A DNA stretch of 64,000 nucleotides, from the IMG/VR virus record IMGVR_UViG_3300037510_000655; one strand, written 5' to 3'. The first letter of the stretch is position 1. Every line of letters begins with the position of its first letter. Origin of the DNA: a virus. The translations under genes were made by a program, and so were the position numbers. The notes beneath the pieces were generated by a model. It had not been told where the DNA came from and searched no databases. It worked only from the letters and a program-made list of their open reading frames with translations. This document shows positions 9,446 through 19,549 of this stretch, piece by piece.

Positions 9446-10075
9446 GTGAAGGACATGTTGGTTCGTTTTGAAGTGGATGGAATCTCGGTCACCGGTGAGT
9501 TGCTGACGTCCCCCAACGCCATTGGCGTGTGTCAGGTGGGACGTCTCGGCGTGAAGCTCCAGAGGCATCGAAGCCGCCTCTCGCCGGAGGATGATGAAGC
9601 GCGCGCCCGATTGGCGGCGGGTGATCGGTTCGTCACTCGCGACGGGGAGAACGCCATCGAGCGCGCGGCACAGGGTGAACGCAAAGAGAATTTGTTCGAC
9701 GGCTGGACAACCAACGACGTCGACAAGCTTCGCGAGTACGTCATTTCTCGATTGAACGAAGTGCAATCGGGTCGGCGTATTGGCCGTAGGGCTCGCGAGT
9801 ACAAGCGTCTTCACGACGCTGTGGTGCTGATCAACGCCTGGATCAAACAGTCGCATGTTCGCGCCAGCACGGCCGCTGCCGGGCTCACTGAGGAGCAGAT
9901 GCGCGATCCGGTTGCTCTTCTGGTGAGCGCAGGGAGCATGCTGCGCAGATTGTCTACGCGCATCTACGAGTTGAGCGGCGAGAACAAGGGAGATGATGTG
10001 TCAGCGCTATGCTGCGCCATTCAGAACTACATCGTTCAGCACGCTCCGCCGATCGATCTGAAAGCTGTGAAGTGA
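9446..10075 (+). CDS. Hypothetical protein
   Basis: Long ORF in a co-oriented operon. Confidence 0.55.
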   Translation: MKDMLVRFEVDGISVTGELLTSPNAIGVCQVGRLGVKLQRHRSRLSPEDDEARARLAAGDRFVTRDGENAIERAAQGERKENLFDGWTTNDVDKLREYVISRLNEVQSGRRIGRRAREYKRLHDAVVLINAWIKQSHVRASTAAAGLTEEQMRDPVALLVSAGSMLRRLSTRIYELSGENKGDDVSALCCAIQNYIVQHAPPIDLKAVK

Positions 10076-10149
10076 CCAGGCGCGAGCGCATCGAGCTGGA
10101 GCTGGAGCTGGCCGCCGTCGCAGAGAATTCGAACCAAGGGGAGCAGCAG

Positions 10150-10419
10150 ATGAACAAGGATTATCGCTTCGTTGCCGAATTCACGAATCTGAGGGCGAGA
10201 AATCGCTCGCTCGGCGCTGCGCTGACTCGTCAGAAGCAACTGACTCGTACGCAGAACACCACGCTGGACGTGCTGGATCGAGCGGTGGTCGCCGGCGAGT
10301 TGGCGCGCCAGGAAGCAGTGCAAGTAGCGAACGCGGCTGTCGACACGACGAAGAAACTCGCCGAAGCACTCGATTCGGTGGCTGAAAATCTGCGCATTTT
10401 GGCGGACCGCGTCCGGTGA
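10150..10419 (+). CDS. Small coiled-coil protein
   Basis: Heptad-like pattern; stop overlaps the recombinase start. Confidence 0.5.
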   Translation: MNKDYRFVAEFTNLRARNRSLGAALTRQKQLTRTQNTTLDVLDRAVVAGELARQEAVQVANAAVDTTKKLAEALDSVAENLRILADRVR

Positions 10420-11288
10420 CCGACTTCGAGCGCGCCGCTCGCAGGCACATCGCCTCTCGCGGCTCCATAGGCACGCGTAAGCTCTATACCGCCGACCTGG
10501 AGTCGTGGCTGGACCTGTGCCAGTGCAACGAGTGGGACCCCGATCACCCGCAGCTCGACGCCGCGGCCGCGTTCCGGGATGAGCTGGCGAAGACCAAGAG
10601 CCCGGCTACGGTGCGACGGTCGCTGTCGGCGCTGTGCTCGATGTACGACAGCTACGGCGGCGTGAACCCGTTCAAGTCGAAGCAGCTGACGCGACCCAAG
10701 CAGGACGAGGTCTCACCCACCGAGGTGTTCACGCCCGAGCAGTCGGCGGCGATCTTCGCCGAGATCGAGAAGGAGATCGCGGTGAACGAGCGGCTTGGCC
10801 TGCGCGACTGGGCGATCGTGAAGACCATCTACGCCACAGGCATGCGCGTGTCCACGGCCTGCGGCATGCGCCGCGACTGCATCCGCGAGCGCGATGACAA
10901 ATTCTTCTTGATCACGCCCGTGAAGATGAAGGGCCGCGTGGAGGTCGCGCTGCCCGACGAGGCAATAGGAGCCATCCACGCGTGGCTGGAGATCGCGCCG
11001 GCGTCTCCGTGGGTGTTCCCCCGCGATGGCCACCCGGCCGAGCCGCTGACCACCAAGGCGGCGGCGGCCCGCGTGGCGACCTACGGCGCGCGCTGCGGAA
11101 TCAAGAACGCCAGCCCGCACCGCTTCCGCGCCGCCTACATCACCGAGGCGCTCGACGCGGGCATCCCGCTGCACGAGATCCAGGCGTCGGTGCACCACTC
11201 GAGCGTGTCGAGCACGCTGCGCTACGACCGAGGGAAGCGTGGCGGGAACGTGGCGGAGACGCTGGCCAAGCACAGGAGCGGAAAATGA
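10416..11288 (+). CDS. Tyrosine recombinase (XerC/D-like integrase)
   Basis: RDWAIV..TGMRVS (R), K-x-KG, PHRFR (HxxR), HHSS..TLRY (H, Y) catalytic set. Confidence 0.9.
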   Translation: MTDFERAARRHIASRGSIGTRKLYTADLESWLDLCQCNEWDPDHPQLDAAAAFRDELAKTKSPATVRRSLSALCSMYDSYGGVNPFKSKQLTRPKQDEVSPTEVFTPEQSAAIFAEIEKEIAVNERLGLRDWAIVKTIYATGMRVSTACGMRRDCIRERDDKFFLITPVKMKGRVEVALPDEAIGAIHAWLEIAPASPWVFPRDGHPAEPLTTKAAAARVATYGARCGIKNASPHRFRAAYITEALDAGIPLHEIQASVHHSSVSSTLRYDRGKRGGNVAETLAKHRSGK

Positions 11289-11465
11289 CCAAGAAGCAGT
11301 TCGAGCAGGTGATGGTGCTCCTCGATAAAGCTACACTTGACGATCTTTCAGTTATTGGACAGGAGATCGTCGGTAGGCTTCGTGCGAAGGCGTGTCGCAT
11401 GTTGGGACGCTCGTTGGCGAATGTGTCGTTGCAGGAAAAGCAAAATCGTAGCCGGGAGATCTGAA

Positions 11466-11987
11466 ATGAAAACGTTCATTGCTTTGCTGCTTCTGGTTTC
11501 TGCTCCTGCATTCGCGGATCTCCCGCCCACGTCGTGCGAGGACAACCCCGTCCCCGGCACTGTGAAGGTGAAGTGTGCAGGCAACACGTCGCTAGTCGTT
11601 CGGTCGTTCGTGAACGGGGAAGCCAAGCTCTGGAGATTTCAAGAGGCTGGACGGGAGATCCTCTACGTCGACAGCAAGGGCATCGCACACGCGGGCGCGG
11701 GCGTGTCTGCGGATGAGGTGGCTCGCTTCGCTTTCGCGACCTTCCAGCGCTACGAAGACAATGCTCGCGGCAGCATGAGCATGTACAAGGCGCTCGACAA
11801 GGTCGCGGACGACGAGGCGCTGCAGATCGTTCAGCTGCAGAGAATGCTGGACGAGGCGCTGCACAGCCTCAAGATCAAGACGCGGGAGCTGCAGAAGTTG
11901 CAGCGGCTCGACGATCATCAGAAGCGCCTCGAGCGGAAGTTGTTCGAGACCGAGTGCAAAATCAGCTGGAGGAACGGCTGTCCGTGA
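11466..11987 (+). CDS. Secreted hypothetical protein with coiled-coil C-terminus
   Basis: Signal peptide MKTFIALLLLVSAPAFA. Confidence 0.55.
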   Translation: MKTFIALLLLVSAPAFADLPPTSCEDNPVPGTVKVKCAGNTSLVVRSFVNGEAKLWRFQEAGREILYVDSKGIAHAGAGVSADEVARFAFATFQRYEDNARGSMSMYKALDKVADDEALQIVQLQRMLDEALHSLKIKTRELQKLQRLDDHQKRLERKLFETECKISWRNGCP

Positions 11988-12355
11988 AGTGGCGTACCCT
12001 CAAGCAGGTCGAGGTGGCCTACATCGACTTGGTGATGGCAGCCGTCAACGGAAGCATCAACGCTGCAGCTCGGTTGCTCGGTCTTCATCGTCGCTCACTG
12101 CAGCGTAAGCTCGACAAGTTCGCCGAGGGACGCTGGCGCAGGCCGGCGAACGTGCATCGCCGACGGAAAGCCTCGCTGGATGTCGCTGTGTGCGATCAGG
12201 ACGAAGCGAACCGGATCGCAGCGTGGCTCGGCTCGCACATGTATTGGCCGGTCAAGGATCGCGTCGATTGGCGTTTGCAGCCGTGGTCGCACGAGATGCG
12301 CGAGCTGATCGAGCAGTACGAGAACGAGGCGAAGGGTTTCGCTCGTCAAGCCTGA
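11984..12355 (+). CDS. Fis-type HTH regulator (RegA/PrrA-like HTH)
   Basis: NGSINAAARLLGLHRRSLQRKL. Confidence 0.7.
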   Translation: MKWRTLKQVEVAYIDLVMAAVNGSINAAARLLGLHRRSLQRKLDKFAEGRWRRPANVHRRRKASLDVAVCDQDEANRIAAWLGSHMYWPVKDRVDWRLQPWSHEMRELIEQYENEAKGFARQA

Positions 12356-12365
12356 ACAGGAAAAG

Positions 12366-13214
12366 TTGATGAAGAAGAACGTTGTGAGCACTGTGCGCAA
12401 GCTCTTGCGTGTTGCTCGGCGGGGCGCGACGGAGCAGGAGAGGCAGACGGCTCGCGAGGCAGCCGATGCGCTCATGAAGAAGCATCGCATCGAGCTGTCT
12501 GACGAGGATAGTGACAGGTGCGAAAAGGTAGTGCGCGGCGCAGCAGCGGCGTTCTGGTCAGGCGCGCTGCTCAGCTCACTCGCTCGCGTGAACGAGTGCT
12601 TGGTGCTGCGAGGGTATGGAGACGATCCGGTCGTTGCAGGGTCGCCGGAGGCCGTGGAGAACACCGTCGGGCTCTATCGTCAATTGCATGCTGAGATCCT
12701 TCACCAGCTGCTGTCGCGGTGGGGGCGCTTCGAGAAGGAGGCCCTGATGATGAATGCGCCTCCCTATGTGATCGCAGGAGCGAAGAAGGTGCTCGAGGAG
12801 GACGTTAAGAGCATCTGGTGGCACGTGTTCTTGACTGCGGTTTCCGGGGAGATCGGTGAGGTGCTGGGCCGGTATCGCTGTCGCCCTGCGGAACCTACGT
12901 ATGAATCTGTGGAAGTACCCGGCGTCATCAATGCGCAGCAGGAGAGCAAAGCCCGGCGCACGGAAGAGAAGGAAAAGCTGTCGGCCGAATTGAAGGCGTT
13001 GATCGATGTCGTCGGGGACGAAGATGGGCGACGCTTCTATTTGATTGCGTACGGATCAGGCGTGGAGGGCGCGCAAGGCTTGCAGTGGAACTGGCGAGCG
13101 GTTCGTCTTCTGTCGGCGCAGTCGACCATCCCGCAGTCTCCCCCGCCTCCTGCACCGCCACCACCCAAGGCGCCGCCGCAGCCGGGGCGCTTCACGTTCC
13201 TCGAGATCGACTAG
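12366..13214 (+). CDS. DUF2786-like protein
   Basis: VRKLLRVA..ATEQERQTAREAADALMKKH; paralogous N-terminus at 53907. Confidence 0.6.
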   Translation: MMKKNVVSTVRKLLRVARRGATEQERQTAREAADALMKKHRIELSDEDSDRCEKVVRGAAAAFWSGALLSSLARVNECLVLRGYGDDPVVAGSPEAVENTVGLYRQLHAEILHQLLSRWGRFEKEALMMNAPPYVIAGAKKVLEEDVKSIWWHVFLTAVSGEIGEVLGRYRCRPAEPTYESVEVPGVINAQQESKARRTEEKEKLSAELKALIDVVGDEDGRRFYLIAYGSGVEGAQGLQWNWRAVRLLSAQSTIPQSPPPPAPPPPKAPPQPGRFTFLEID

Positions 13215-13915
13215 CTCCGGCTCACGATCTTGGTGTTCTCGGGCACGTGCGGCGAAGGGATTGGGGCCGCCTCGCCCACCTCCACCACCGGCGGTGGTTG
13301 CTGTGCCAGCTCGGCGCGCACAGGCGGTGCCGCCGAGGGCGCGACCTGCGCCAGGCCCCGCTGCAGCATGTTGGGCTGTGGCGGGCGCTCCATCTGCGGC
13401 GCGCGCACCACGTTCGAGCTGACCTTCGACGTGTTCACCGCCATCTGCGCATTGCTGAGGACGGTGCGCGTGTTGCTCGGCGCTGGGGGAGGCGTCGGCA
13501 TCACCGTCTGGGGAGCCGGTCGGTACACGGTCGAGATCGCCTCGCGCCGAGGGCCGATAGGAGCGGCGATCGGGATTGCGTTGGTCGGCGGCCGCTCGAG
13601 GTAGCGAATCGGGGTCGGCCGGGCATTCGCCACCGGCGGACCTGGCTCCGGCGGCGGGGCGAGTGCTTGCATGAATTCTTCGGTCGTGCGCACCAACCCG
13701 GCCGAGCACTCGGCGCAAAGACCACGCTGCAGACTGGAGCCGCTGTTCGGGCCCGCCGTCCAGCCCGGCGGCCGCTGCGTCGATTGCAGGGTCCAGCCGC
13801 CGCCGGCGTCATCCATCGCCTCGCTGCCGCCGGCACGCAGCGCCTGCGGACGCAAGGGCTCGACTTTTCCGCAGCGCATGCACGTTGCATCGGGAACTTC
13901 CACTACGATCTTCAT
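13211..13915 (-). CDS. Pro-rich protein with CxxC pairs
   Basis: CMRCG..CAEC followed by a low-complexity Pro-rich tail. Confidence 0.5.
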   Translation of the reverse strand: MKIVVEVPDATCMRCGKVEPLRPQALRAGGSEAMDDAGGGWTLQSTQRPPGWTAGPNSGSSLQRGLCAECSAGLVRTTEEFMQALAPPPEPGPPVANARPTPIRYLERPPTNAIPIAAPIGPRREAISTVYRPAPQTVMPTPPPAPSNTRTVLSNAQMAVNTSKVSSNVVRAPQMERPPQPNMLQRGLAQVAPSAAPPVRAELAQQPPPVVEVGEAAPIPSPHVPENTKIVSRS

Positions 13916-13962
13916 GACTACGAGTTTACACGAATTTTCGAAAAGTCAGCGGTGGTGTATTA

Positions 13963-14268
13963 TTGCACCCGAAGATGTCGGATGCAGCGGGCGACAGCAG
14001 CTCTAAGTGCCCGAATTGTGGAGCTGATTTAGATGAAGACCGCACGCCGGTCGAGTCTCGCTTCGATATCGCGAACGAGCAGTTGAGAGAGGCGGCGTTC
14101 AAGCAGCAGGCGGCGCGTATCGTGCAGCTCGAGGCCGAGCTGACGGAGAAAGAGGCGCAGCTGACGAGAGAGCGTCGAAAACTAGAGATCGAGAAAAATC
14201 GCTTAGATAAGCTCGCGCTCCAGAACGAGAAGCTCAAGATTCTCGTCAGGAAATTGCTCAAATCCTAG
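13963..14268 (+). CDS. Zn-ribbon plus coiled-coil protein
   Basis: CPNCG followed by a heptad-rich helix. Confidence 0.5.
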   Translation: MHPKMSDAAGDSSSKCPNCGADLDEDRTPVESRFDIANEQLREAAFKQQAARIVQLEAELTEKEAQLTRERRKLEIEKNRLDKLALQNEKLKILVRKLLKS

Positions 14269-14766
14269 CTAAGGCGCCTTCGCGCCCCTGATTATCGAGA
14301 TCGTCGCGGTGTAGTTGGAGCCCGACGCCTGGTAGGTGCACTGGCCCGCCATCCACAGCACCCAGCCCGACGAGTCCACGTAGACCGTCGGCGAGGTCGG
14401 TTGTCCCGGGCAACAGGGCGCCGTGCACGCTTCGTCGACATCGTCAACAGTGAAGGCGCAATGGTACAGCGACGGCGATATCAGGGGCCCTGAGGGCCTC
14501 ACGAATTCGCCTTGGGGTGACACAGCCGCGGGGGTCATGCTGTACGCCATCTGCACGCCCCCTCCTCCGAGCGGGGTGAACGTGTAGACCAGGGTCTCCT
14601 GATAGGAGCCTGCCGGAGGGCGCGTGCAGGACGCCACGCTGAAATCCGCCGGCACGGACAGGTCCACAAGCTCGACGAGGTCCGGCGGCGGTCCGTCGTC
14701 CGGGGTTTTCGGTGCAGCGTCACCGCAACCGAGCGCGAGGAAGGCAGCGATCGTCAAGTACCTCAT
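14269..14766 (-). CDS. Lipoprotein
   Basis: MRYLTIAAFLALGC lipobox; several Cys residues. Confidence 0.6.
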   Translation of the reverse strand: MRYLTIAAFLALGCGDAAPKTPDDGPPPDLVELVDLSVPADFSVASCTRPPAGSYQETLVYTFTPLGGGGVQMAYSMTPAAVSPQGEFVRPSGPLISPSLYHCAFTVDDVDEACTAPCCPGQPTSPTVYVDSSGWVLWMAGQCTYQASGSNYTATISIIRGAKAP

Positions 14767-15191
14767 GTGCGGAATATTACCGTTTCGACGGCCGAAAGGG
14801 ATCACAAATTCTTTGAGAATACTAGTTGACAGGTCTGATAATTGCGGTTCCACGAATGACTAATTTCTCAGTTCGCGTAAACAGTTAGCACACAACTTAC
14901 AATTTCTGCTTGCTGGCGAAAACAGTAAGGAGTAGATGTTGATCTCGTGGGCCTGTACAACGCACTTCGAAATTGGTGGCGCTCCCGCTTCTGCTGCATG
15001 TGTGGCAACACAAGACGCGAGGAGACCGTCCTCTACCGCAACACCAACGGCAAGTTCCGCATGTGCAAGAACGAGCGTGAATGTGCCGATCGCACACTGG
15101 CTCGTCTTCGTGGTGCCCATTGAGCCCGGCAGCGGTTCGATACACGCCTCGGTGCTGCGTCGACAACATCGCGCACGGGTTTGTGCTCGCT

Positions 15192-15449
15192 ATGCATGTC
15201 ATCCGCGGCACACCCGGTGAGGTTTTCGCGGACAGGTGGCAGGCAACGCTCATTGATGCGCTGGGGCAGACGCACATCATCGATACGTGTAACTGCCCCC
15301 GCTGCGGGGCGCTGCTCTACGGTCTGCCGCACGAGGAGGTTCGCACGTGGACGAGAAGCGAGGACGTCGCAATCAGCGAGGCCGTGCGCAAGGTGCGCGA
15401 AGCGCAGCGAGCCATCGAGAGCGTGGGCGAGGAGAAGAAGCCTCGATGA
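15192..15449 (+). CDS. Small Zn-ribbon protein
   Basis: CNCPRCG; stop overlaps the next start. Confidence 0.45.
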   Translation: MHVIRGTPGEVFADRWQATLIDALGQTHIIDTCNCPRCGALLYGLPHEEVRTWTRSEDVAISEAVRKVREAQRAIESVGEEKKPR

Positions 15450-15835
15450 GGCGCCGTCATCCTGAGCTGTGTGGCAACGATGTGCCGCGACACAGCCCTG
15501 GACAGCAGTACACGCAGTGCCCGCGTTGTCGAGCGATGGCGCTCGGAGCAGTTTCGGACACCGGTGAGGTGTTCGCCGCAGACTGCGTCGAGTGCAGGCT
15601 GCCGGGACTGACGAGTCGCCTCACGCTGTGGAATCTCAAGGAGCAGCTGGCGCTCCTGAGCATGCCGCACCACCCGGGTCCCGTCACTATCGCCGAGGCG
15701 GTAGAGCGCATGGATGAGTCCGGGTGGACCGGAGCCTGGGAGGTGTGGCAGGGCGACGTCAAGATCGCGCACTACACGCCGACGACAGGTGACCTGCACA
15801 TGTACGCCGGGCGCTGCCTGACGGATGGAGACTAG
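15446..15835 (+). CDS. Zn-ribbon protein
   Basis: CPRC..CVEC. Confidence 0.5.
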   Translation: MRRRHPELCGNDVPRHSPGQQYTQCPRCRAMALGAVSDTGEVFAADCVECRLPGLTSRLTLWNLKEQLALLSMPHHPGPVTIAEAVERMDESGWTGAWEVWQGDVKIAHYTPTTGDLHMYAGRCLTDGD

Positions 15836-15837
15836 AG

Positions 15838-16206
15838 ATGGATATGAAGCTCGACATGACCAAGCTGGATCCTGAAGTGCGTCGCCGCGTCGAGCGCGCG
15901 CTGCATCCGCGGGACACCCTCTTCTCACGCAAGTTCGCTGCTGCGGACGTGAGGAAGTGGCGAAAGGCCGCGAAGTTGTCGCGAATGACTATCCAGCTGT
16001 GGATGGAGATTCATTTGCGGCAGGCGCACACCATCGGGCTACGTCTGGATAAGCCGCGCAGCAACCCGCCGTTGCGCAACAAGGTGCTCTCGGCTCGTTT
16101 CACAGCTGAGGACGTCGAAGCGTGGGCACGGCTGGCTACGTTGACGATCTCCACCCGCGACTGGGTGGAGCACGTGCTCAACATCGCTTCGAGCTGGGTG
16201 TCATGA
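15838..16206 (+). CDS. Protein with tandem RHH-like repeats
   Basis: Two similar units: LFSRKFAAADVRKWRKAAK..TIQLWME and VLSARFTAEDVEAWARLAT..STRDWVE. Confidence 0.5.
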   Translation: MDMKLDMTKLDPEVRRRVERALHPRDTLFSRKFAAADVRKWRKAAKLSRMTIQLWMEIHLRQAHTIGLRLDKPRSNPPLRNKVLSARFTAEDVEAWARLATLTISTRDWVEHVLNIASSWVS

Positions 16207-16869
16207 GAGCGCTCGCCAGGTGGTGCGTCGTTGTGGCCGAGGACGCGGTGCTGATCGCGACTTTTCTGCCGGTCTACATGGTGCTCGAGGGAGCATTCAA
16301 GCTTGCGCAGCGCAAGCATCGTGTGCGGCCGTGAACCTTTCTGAGCTGGGAATGGAGATTGACCAGCAGGTGGCGCTCGGCTGGGGAGACGCAGAGGTGT
16401 ACGTACGCATCGGCGATGCACTTTTAGCTCTCACGAAGATCGAGGTGGCGACAGTTTCGCCGGCAGCGACTGGATTGCCCGACTATGTGGCAGTGGTCGA
16501 GGTGCGGCTGTGACGCACTACCGGGTCGAGGTCAGAGGCAAAAGAGCGCGGCTGGTTCGCGTGTGGACACCGGGCGAGAAGTTGATCGCCGGCTGCACAC
16601 TCGCGTTGCTGTTTGTTACCGGATTTCTACTGGCTGTTTTGCTGTAGGAGGCTGTTGCGGATGTACAGGGGAGATGCTTCGTGGATCGCGTTGTGGTGCT
16701 TCATCATGATGTTGTTGTCGCTCGGGATCGCCTACGAAGAGTCGCGGGCGCACGAGACGTCGGTATTGCAGATTCAGCAGTGCAGTGCCCGCCTTCGAGA
16801 AGCCCGAGCAGCAACACAGGCTGTGGCTGACGATCTCGACGCGTGCATCGACAGCAATCTGGTGAATCA

Positions 16870-17247
16870 GTGAGCGATTTCTACTGCACCGAGTGCGGCG
16901 TTGGTCTTCGCAGCCGCGTCGCTGGGTTCGTGCCTGCCAGCTGCACCAAATGCGGCAGTGGTAAGGTGAAGCTGACGCCGATGGAGCAGCGAGAGTTGAA
17001 TGCCCCTCAGGAGATTCCGCTGCCGACGCCGATAGACGCTTCGGTCGCCGTCGACAACTTGACCGAGAGCGACCAGCACCGAAAGCGCACGGTCGTCGGT
17101 GTCGACACTGGCAAAGTCGAAGCGGAGAGGCTCATCGCGCTCGAAGAGCGCCGCGGGCGGTGGGAGCGTAGGGCGCTGTGGGGCGGAGCAGTGTGCGGCT
17201 ACACGGCGCTGATTGTGGAGATCTGGCGCATGGCGTGGACTTTCTGA
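16870..17247 (+). CDS. Zn-ribbon protein with C-terminal TM helix
   Basis: CTECG..CTKCG; hydrophobic C-terminus. Confidence 0.45.
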   Translation: MSDFYCTECGVGLRSRVAGFVPASCTKCGSGKVKLTPMEQRELNAPQEIPLPTPIDASVAVDNLTESDQHRKRTVVGVDTGKVEAERLIALEERRGRWERRALWGGAVCGYTALIVEIWRMAWTF

Positions 17248-17268
17248 CGATACTGTGGGGAGGAGGGC

Positions 17269-17694
17269 ATGGAAATGAAGGTGGCGGTGATTGACGACGA
17301 TCAAGTGCAACTGAACATGATGAAGCGCTGGCTCCGCGGCGAGCCCTGGTGCGAGGAGGTGCTGGCGATCAAGAACGAGGTCGGCTGCACCAACACCGTG
17401 CGCGCGTTCGACCCGGACGTCGTGCTCATGGACCTGAGCATGCCCCATATCTCTGGGGCGGAGCTGCTCGAGATCATGATGCGACCCGACCAGCTACCGG
17501 ACGCGTGCTTCATCGTGTTCAGCGGTCGTGACGCGACGGAGTTGCGCCGCGTGCAGCTGGCGTGCGGTGCTGACTTGGCCCTGTCGAAGAACATCGAGCT
17601 GGTGCACATCGCCAGCCACATCCGCAGCTTCGAAGGCCGGCGCGACGCGAAGCGCAGGATGAGACTGTCTATGAAGAAAATAGGAGATACATGA
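17269..17694 (+). CDS. Stand-alone response regulator receiver (CheY-like)
   Basis: VAVIDDD, DVVLMDLSMP (phospho-acceptor Asp), FIVFSG, K in LSKN. Confidence 0.85.
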   Translation: MEMKVAVIDDDQVQLNMMKRWLRGEPWCEEVLAIKNEVGCTNTVRAFDPDVVLMDLSMPHISGAELLEIMMRPDQLPDACFIVFSGRDATELRRVQLACGADLALSKNIELVHIASHIRSFEGRRDAKRRMRLSMKKIGDT

Positions 17695-19271
17695 CCATGA
17701 GAACGATCGCCACCGTCTTCATCACCATTGCGGTCGCCGCTGCGGCTGAGACTGCTCCTGGAGCCGCTGTCGGTCTCGGCATCTACATCGCCGACGGCAC
17801 CTATTCCGACGCGCTCGACCCGAACTTGCCGGGCCAGCTGCGCGTGGTCGACGACGGCCGCGGGCGCTACCTGCAGGAGCTGGACATCGTCCAGGGCGCG
17901 CCCAGCTCGGATGCGCTCGGCATCGCGCCGGTCGAGGCCGCGGGCGCGTTCGCCCAGCTCGACTGGTCTGGTGTCCACCAGGTGCCGTGCCACCCGGACG
18001 GGGGGATGGAGGACTGGCGACTCGAGATCGACGGCGCCCACTACATGCGCTCGTGGTGCTACCGGGGCGCGGCGTGGATGGAGGGCGCGTCCATGATCCT
18101 GGTCTCGCCCCGCAATAGCGCTGGTGGCGAGGTCGGCGCGCCAATCCTCGACGTGGCCGGCGACGTCGTCGGCGACTTCTGGGAGAAGCGCTTCGTCGCG
18201 CGCGTGGTGGCGCACAACTGCGCGGCCGTCGGCGACTGCTCGGGCGCCTCTGTCCGCGCCGAGGCGCTGCTGCAGCTGCGCGGCAACCTGAGCCCGCAGC
18301 TCAACGCCCGCATCATCCGCGGCAACGCGACCTCGATCGAGGTGTGGCTGTCGACCTGCGGCCAGTGGTTCAGGATGGCGGCGACCGCCCTCGGCCACGA
18401 CGCTCTTGGCACCGTCGGCTACGGCCTGCGGGCGCAGCTCTCGCGGGAGACGCCGTATCCGGCGCGCGGCTTCTTCGTGCCCGGCGAGCAGGTCACTTTC
18501 CGCGTCGCGTACACCGACGGCGACGGCGACCGCCTCCACGCTGCAGGCCAGCTACCGAGCTACGGCGCGGCGCTCTTCGGCGACCCGGTGACCAACGGGC
18601 TGCGCTACCTGACCTTCACCGACGACCCGGTGCTCTACTGGGCGCACAAGAACACGCAGAGCGACATGACCTTCACCGTCGCTGGCCCGCTCGACCGCAT
18701 GACCACCATCGGCTCGGCGCCGATCACGATCACCGAGGCGTTCCTTCCGCAGATCCCGACGGCGACCGCGGCGGCGGACGGCTGGTCAGGCGCGGTGCAG
18801 ATCTTCCCGCCGACGTCGCTCGTCTTCCCGTGCCTGTTCTCGCTGGTGACGGGCACGCCGGCGGCCGAGTGCTTCCAGCCGGTGGCCGACACCTTTACCA
18901 TCACGGTGCCCGCGGACGCGTCGCCGGGCACGTGGCTGGCGACGGTCAAGGCGCGGCGCGTGTGGGAGGGCGAGCCGGTGCAGGCGGCCGCGAGCACCAA
19001 GTTCCAGGTCGGGCGCGTGGTGCCCACCGGCTTCACCCCGCACCTGACCGGCTGCGCGCGCTGCCACGTCGGCCCGTCGTCTCTGGCGATCGTCGGCCAC
19101 GGCTTCGACGTCGGCAACCACGAGCGCCCCGAGTGCCTGAGCTGCCACACGAGCGGATACTCGTCGTGGTTCGAGCCCGACGCCGGCTTCGACAAGCGCA
19201 TGACGTTCGTGCACCTCTTGTCGCGGCGGTTCTTCTCGATGGGCGGCCGGCCGGCCGATGTGACGTGGTGA
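17691..19271 (+). CDS. Secreted protein with a C-terminal di-heme c-type cytochrome domain
   Basis: N-terminal signal peptide; CARCH and CLSCH heme-binding motifs; distal His in VHLL. Confidence 0.7.
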   Translation: MTMRTIATVFITIAVAAAAETAPGAAVGLGIYIADGTYSDALDPNLPGQLRVVDDGRGRYLQELDIVQGAPSSDALGIAPVEAAGAFAQLDWSGVHQVPCHPDGGMEDWRLEIDGAHYMRSWCYRGAAWMEGASMILVSPRNSAGGEVGAPILDVAGDVVGDFWEKRFVARVVAHNCAAVGDCSGASVRAEALLQLRGNLSPQLNARIIRGNATSIEVWLSTCGQWFRMAATALGHDALGTVGYGLRAQLSRETPYPARGFFVPGEQVTFRVAYTDGDGDRLHAAGQLPSYGAALFGDPVTNGLRYLTFTDDPVLYWAHKNTQSDMTFTVAGPLDRMTTIGSAPITITEAFLPQIPTATAAADGWSGAVQIFPPTSLVFPCLFSLVTGTPAAECFQPVADTFTITVPADASPGTWLATVKARRVWEGEPVQAAASTKFQVGRVVPTGFTPHLTGCARCHVGPSSLAIVGHGFDVGNHERPECLSCHTSGYSSWFEPDAGFDKRMTFVHLLSRRFFSMGGRPADVTW

Positions 19272-19549
19272 AACCGAAGACGCTCGGACCGGCTCGCACC
19301 CTCGGTCAGTTTCGAGAGAACCACGAAAAGAAGGGTCACAAGGTCTTCGACGACGGCGTGCAGCACACGTGGCGCATCTACAAATGCGGAGGATGCACCT
19401 TCAGGTTCTACATCGAGAAGGCGCACGCCGTGAATGGTGCGGATGCGATCGGGGAGGAATGGGTCTGGGACTGAGCGAATAGTCAACCGCTAGCTCGAGA
19501 CCTCCTGTACAATTCTTCCTGGAATTCAAGGGAAAACAGGAGAAACCAC

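Noticed and set aside
14826-14842. TTGACA..TGATAAT as a sigma70 promoter
   Set aside because: The two hexamers are far closer than the 16-18 nt required. The AT-rich gap is probably regulatory, but I cannot define the element.
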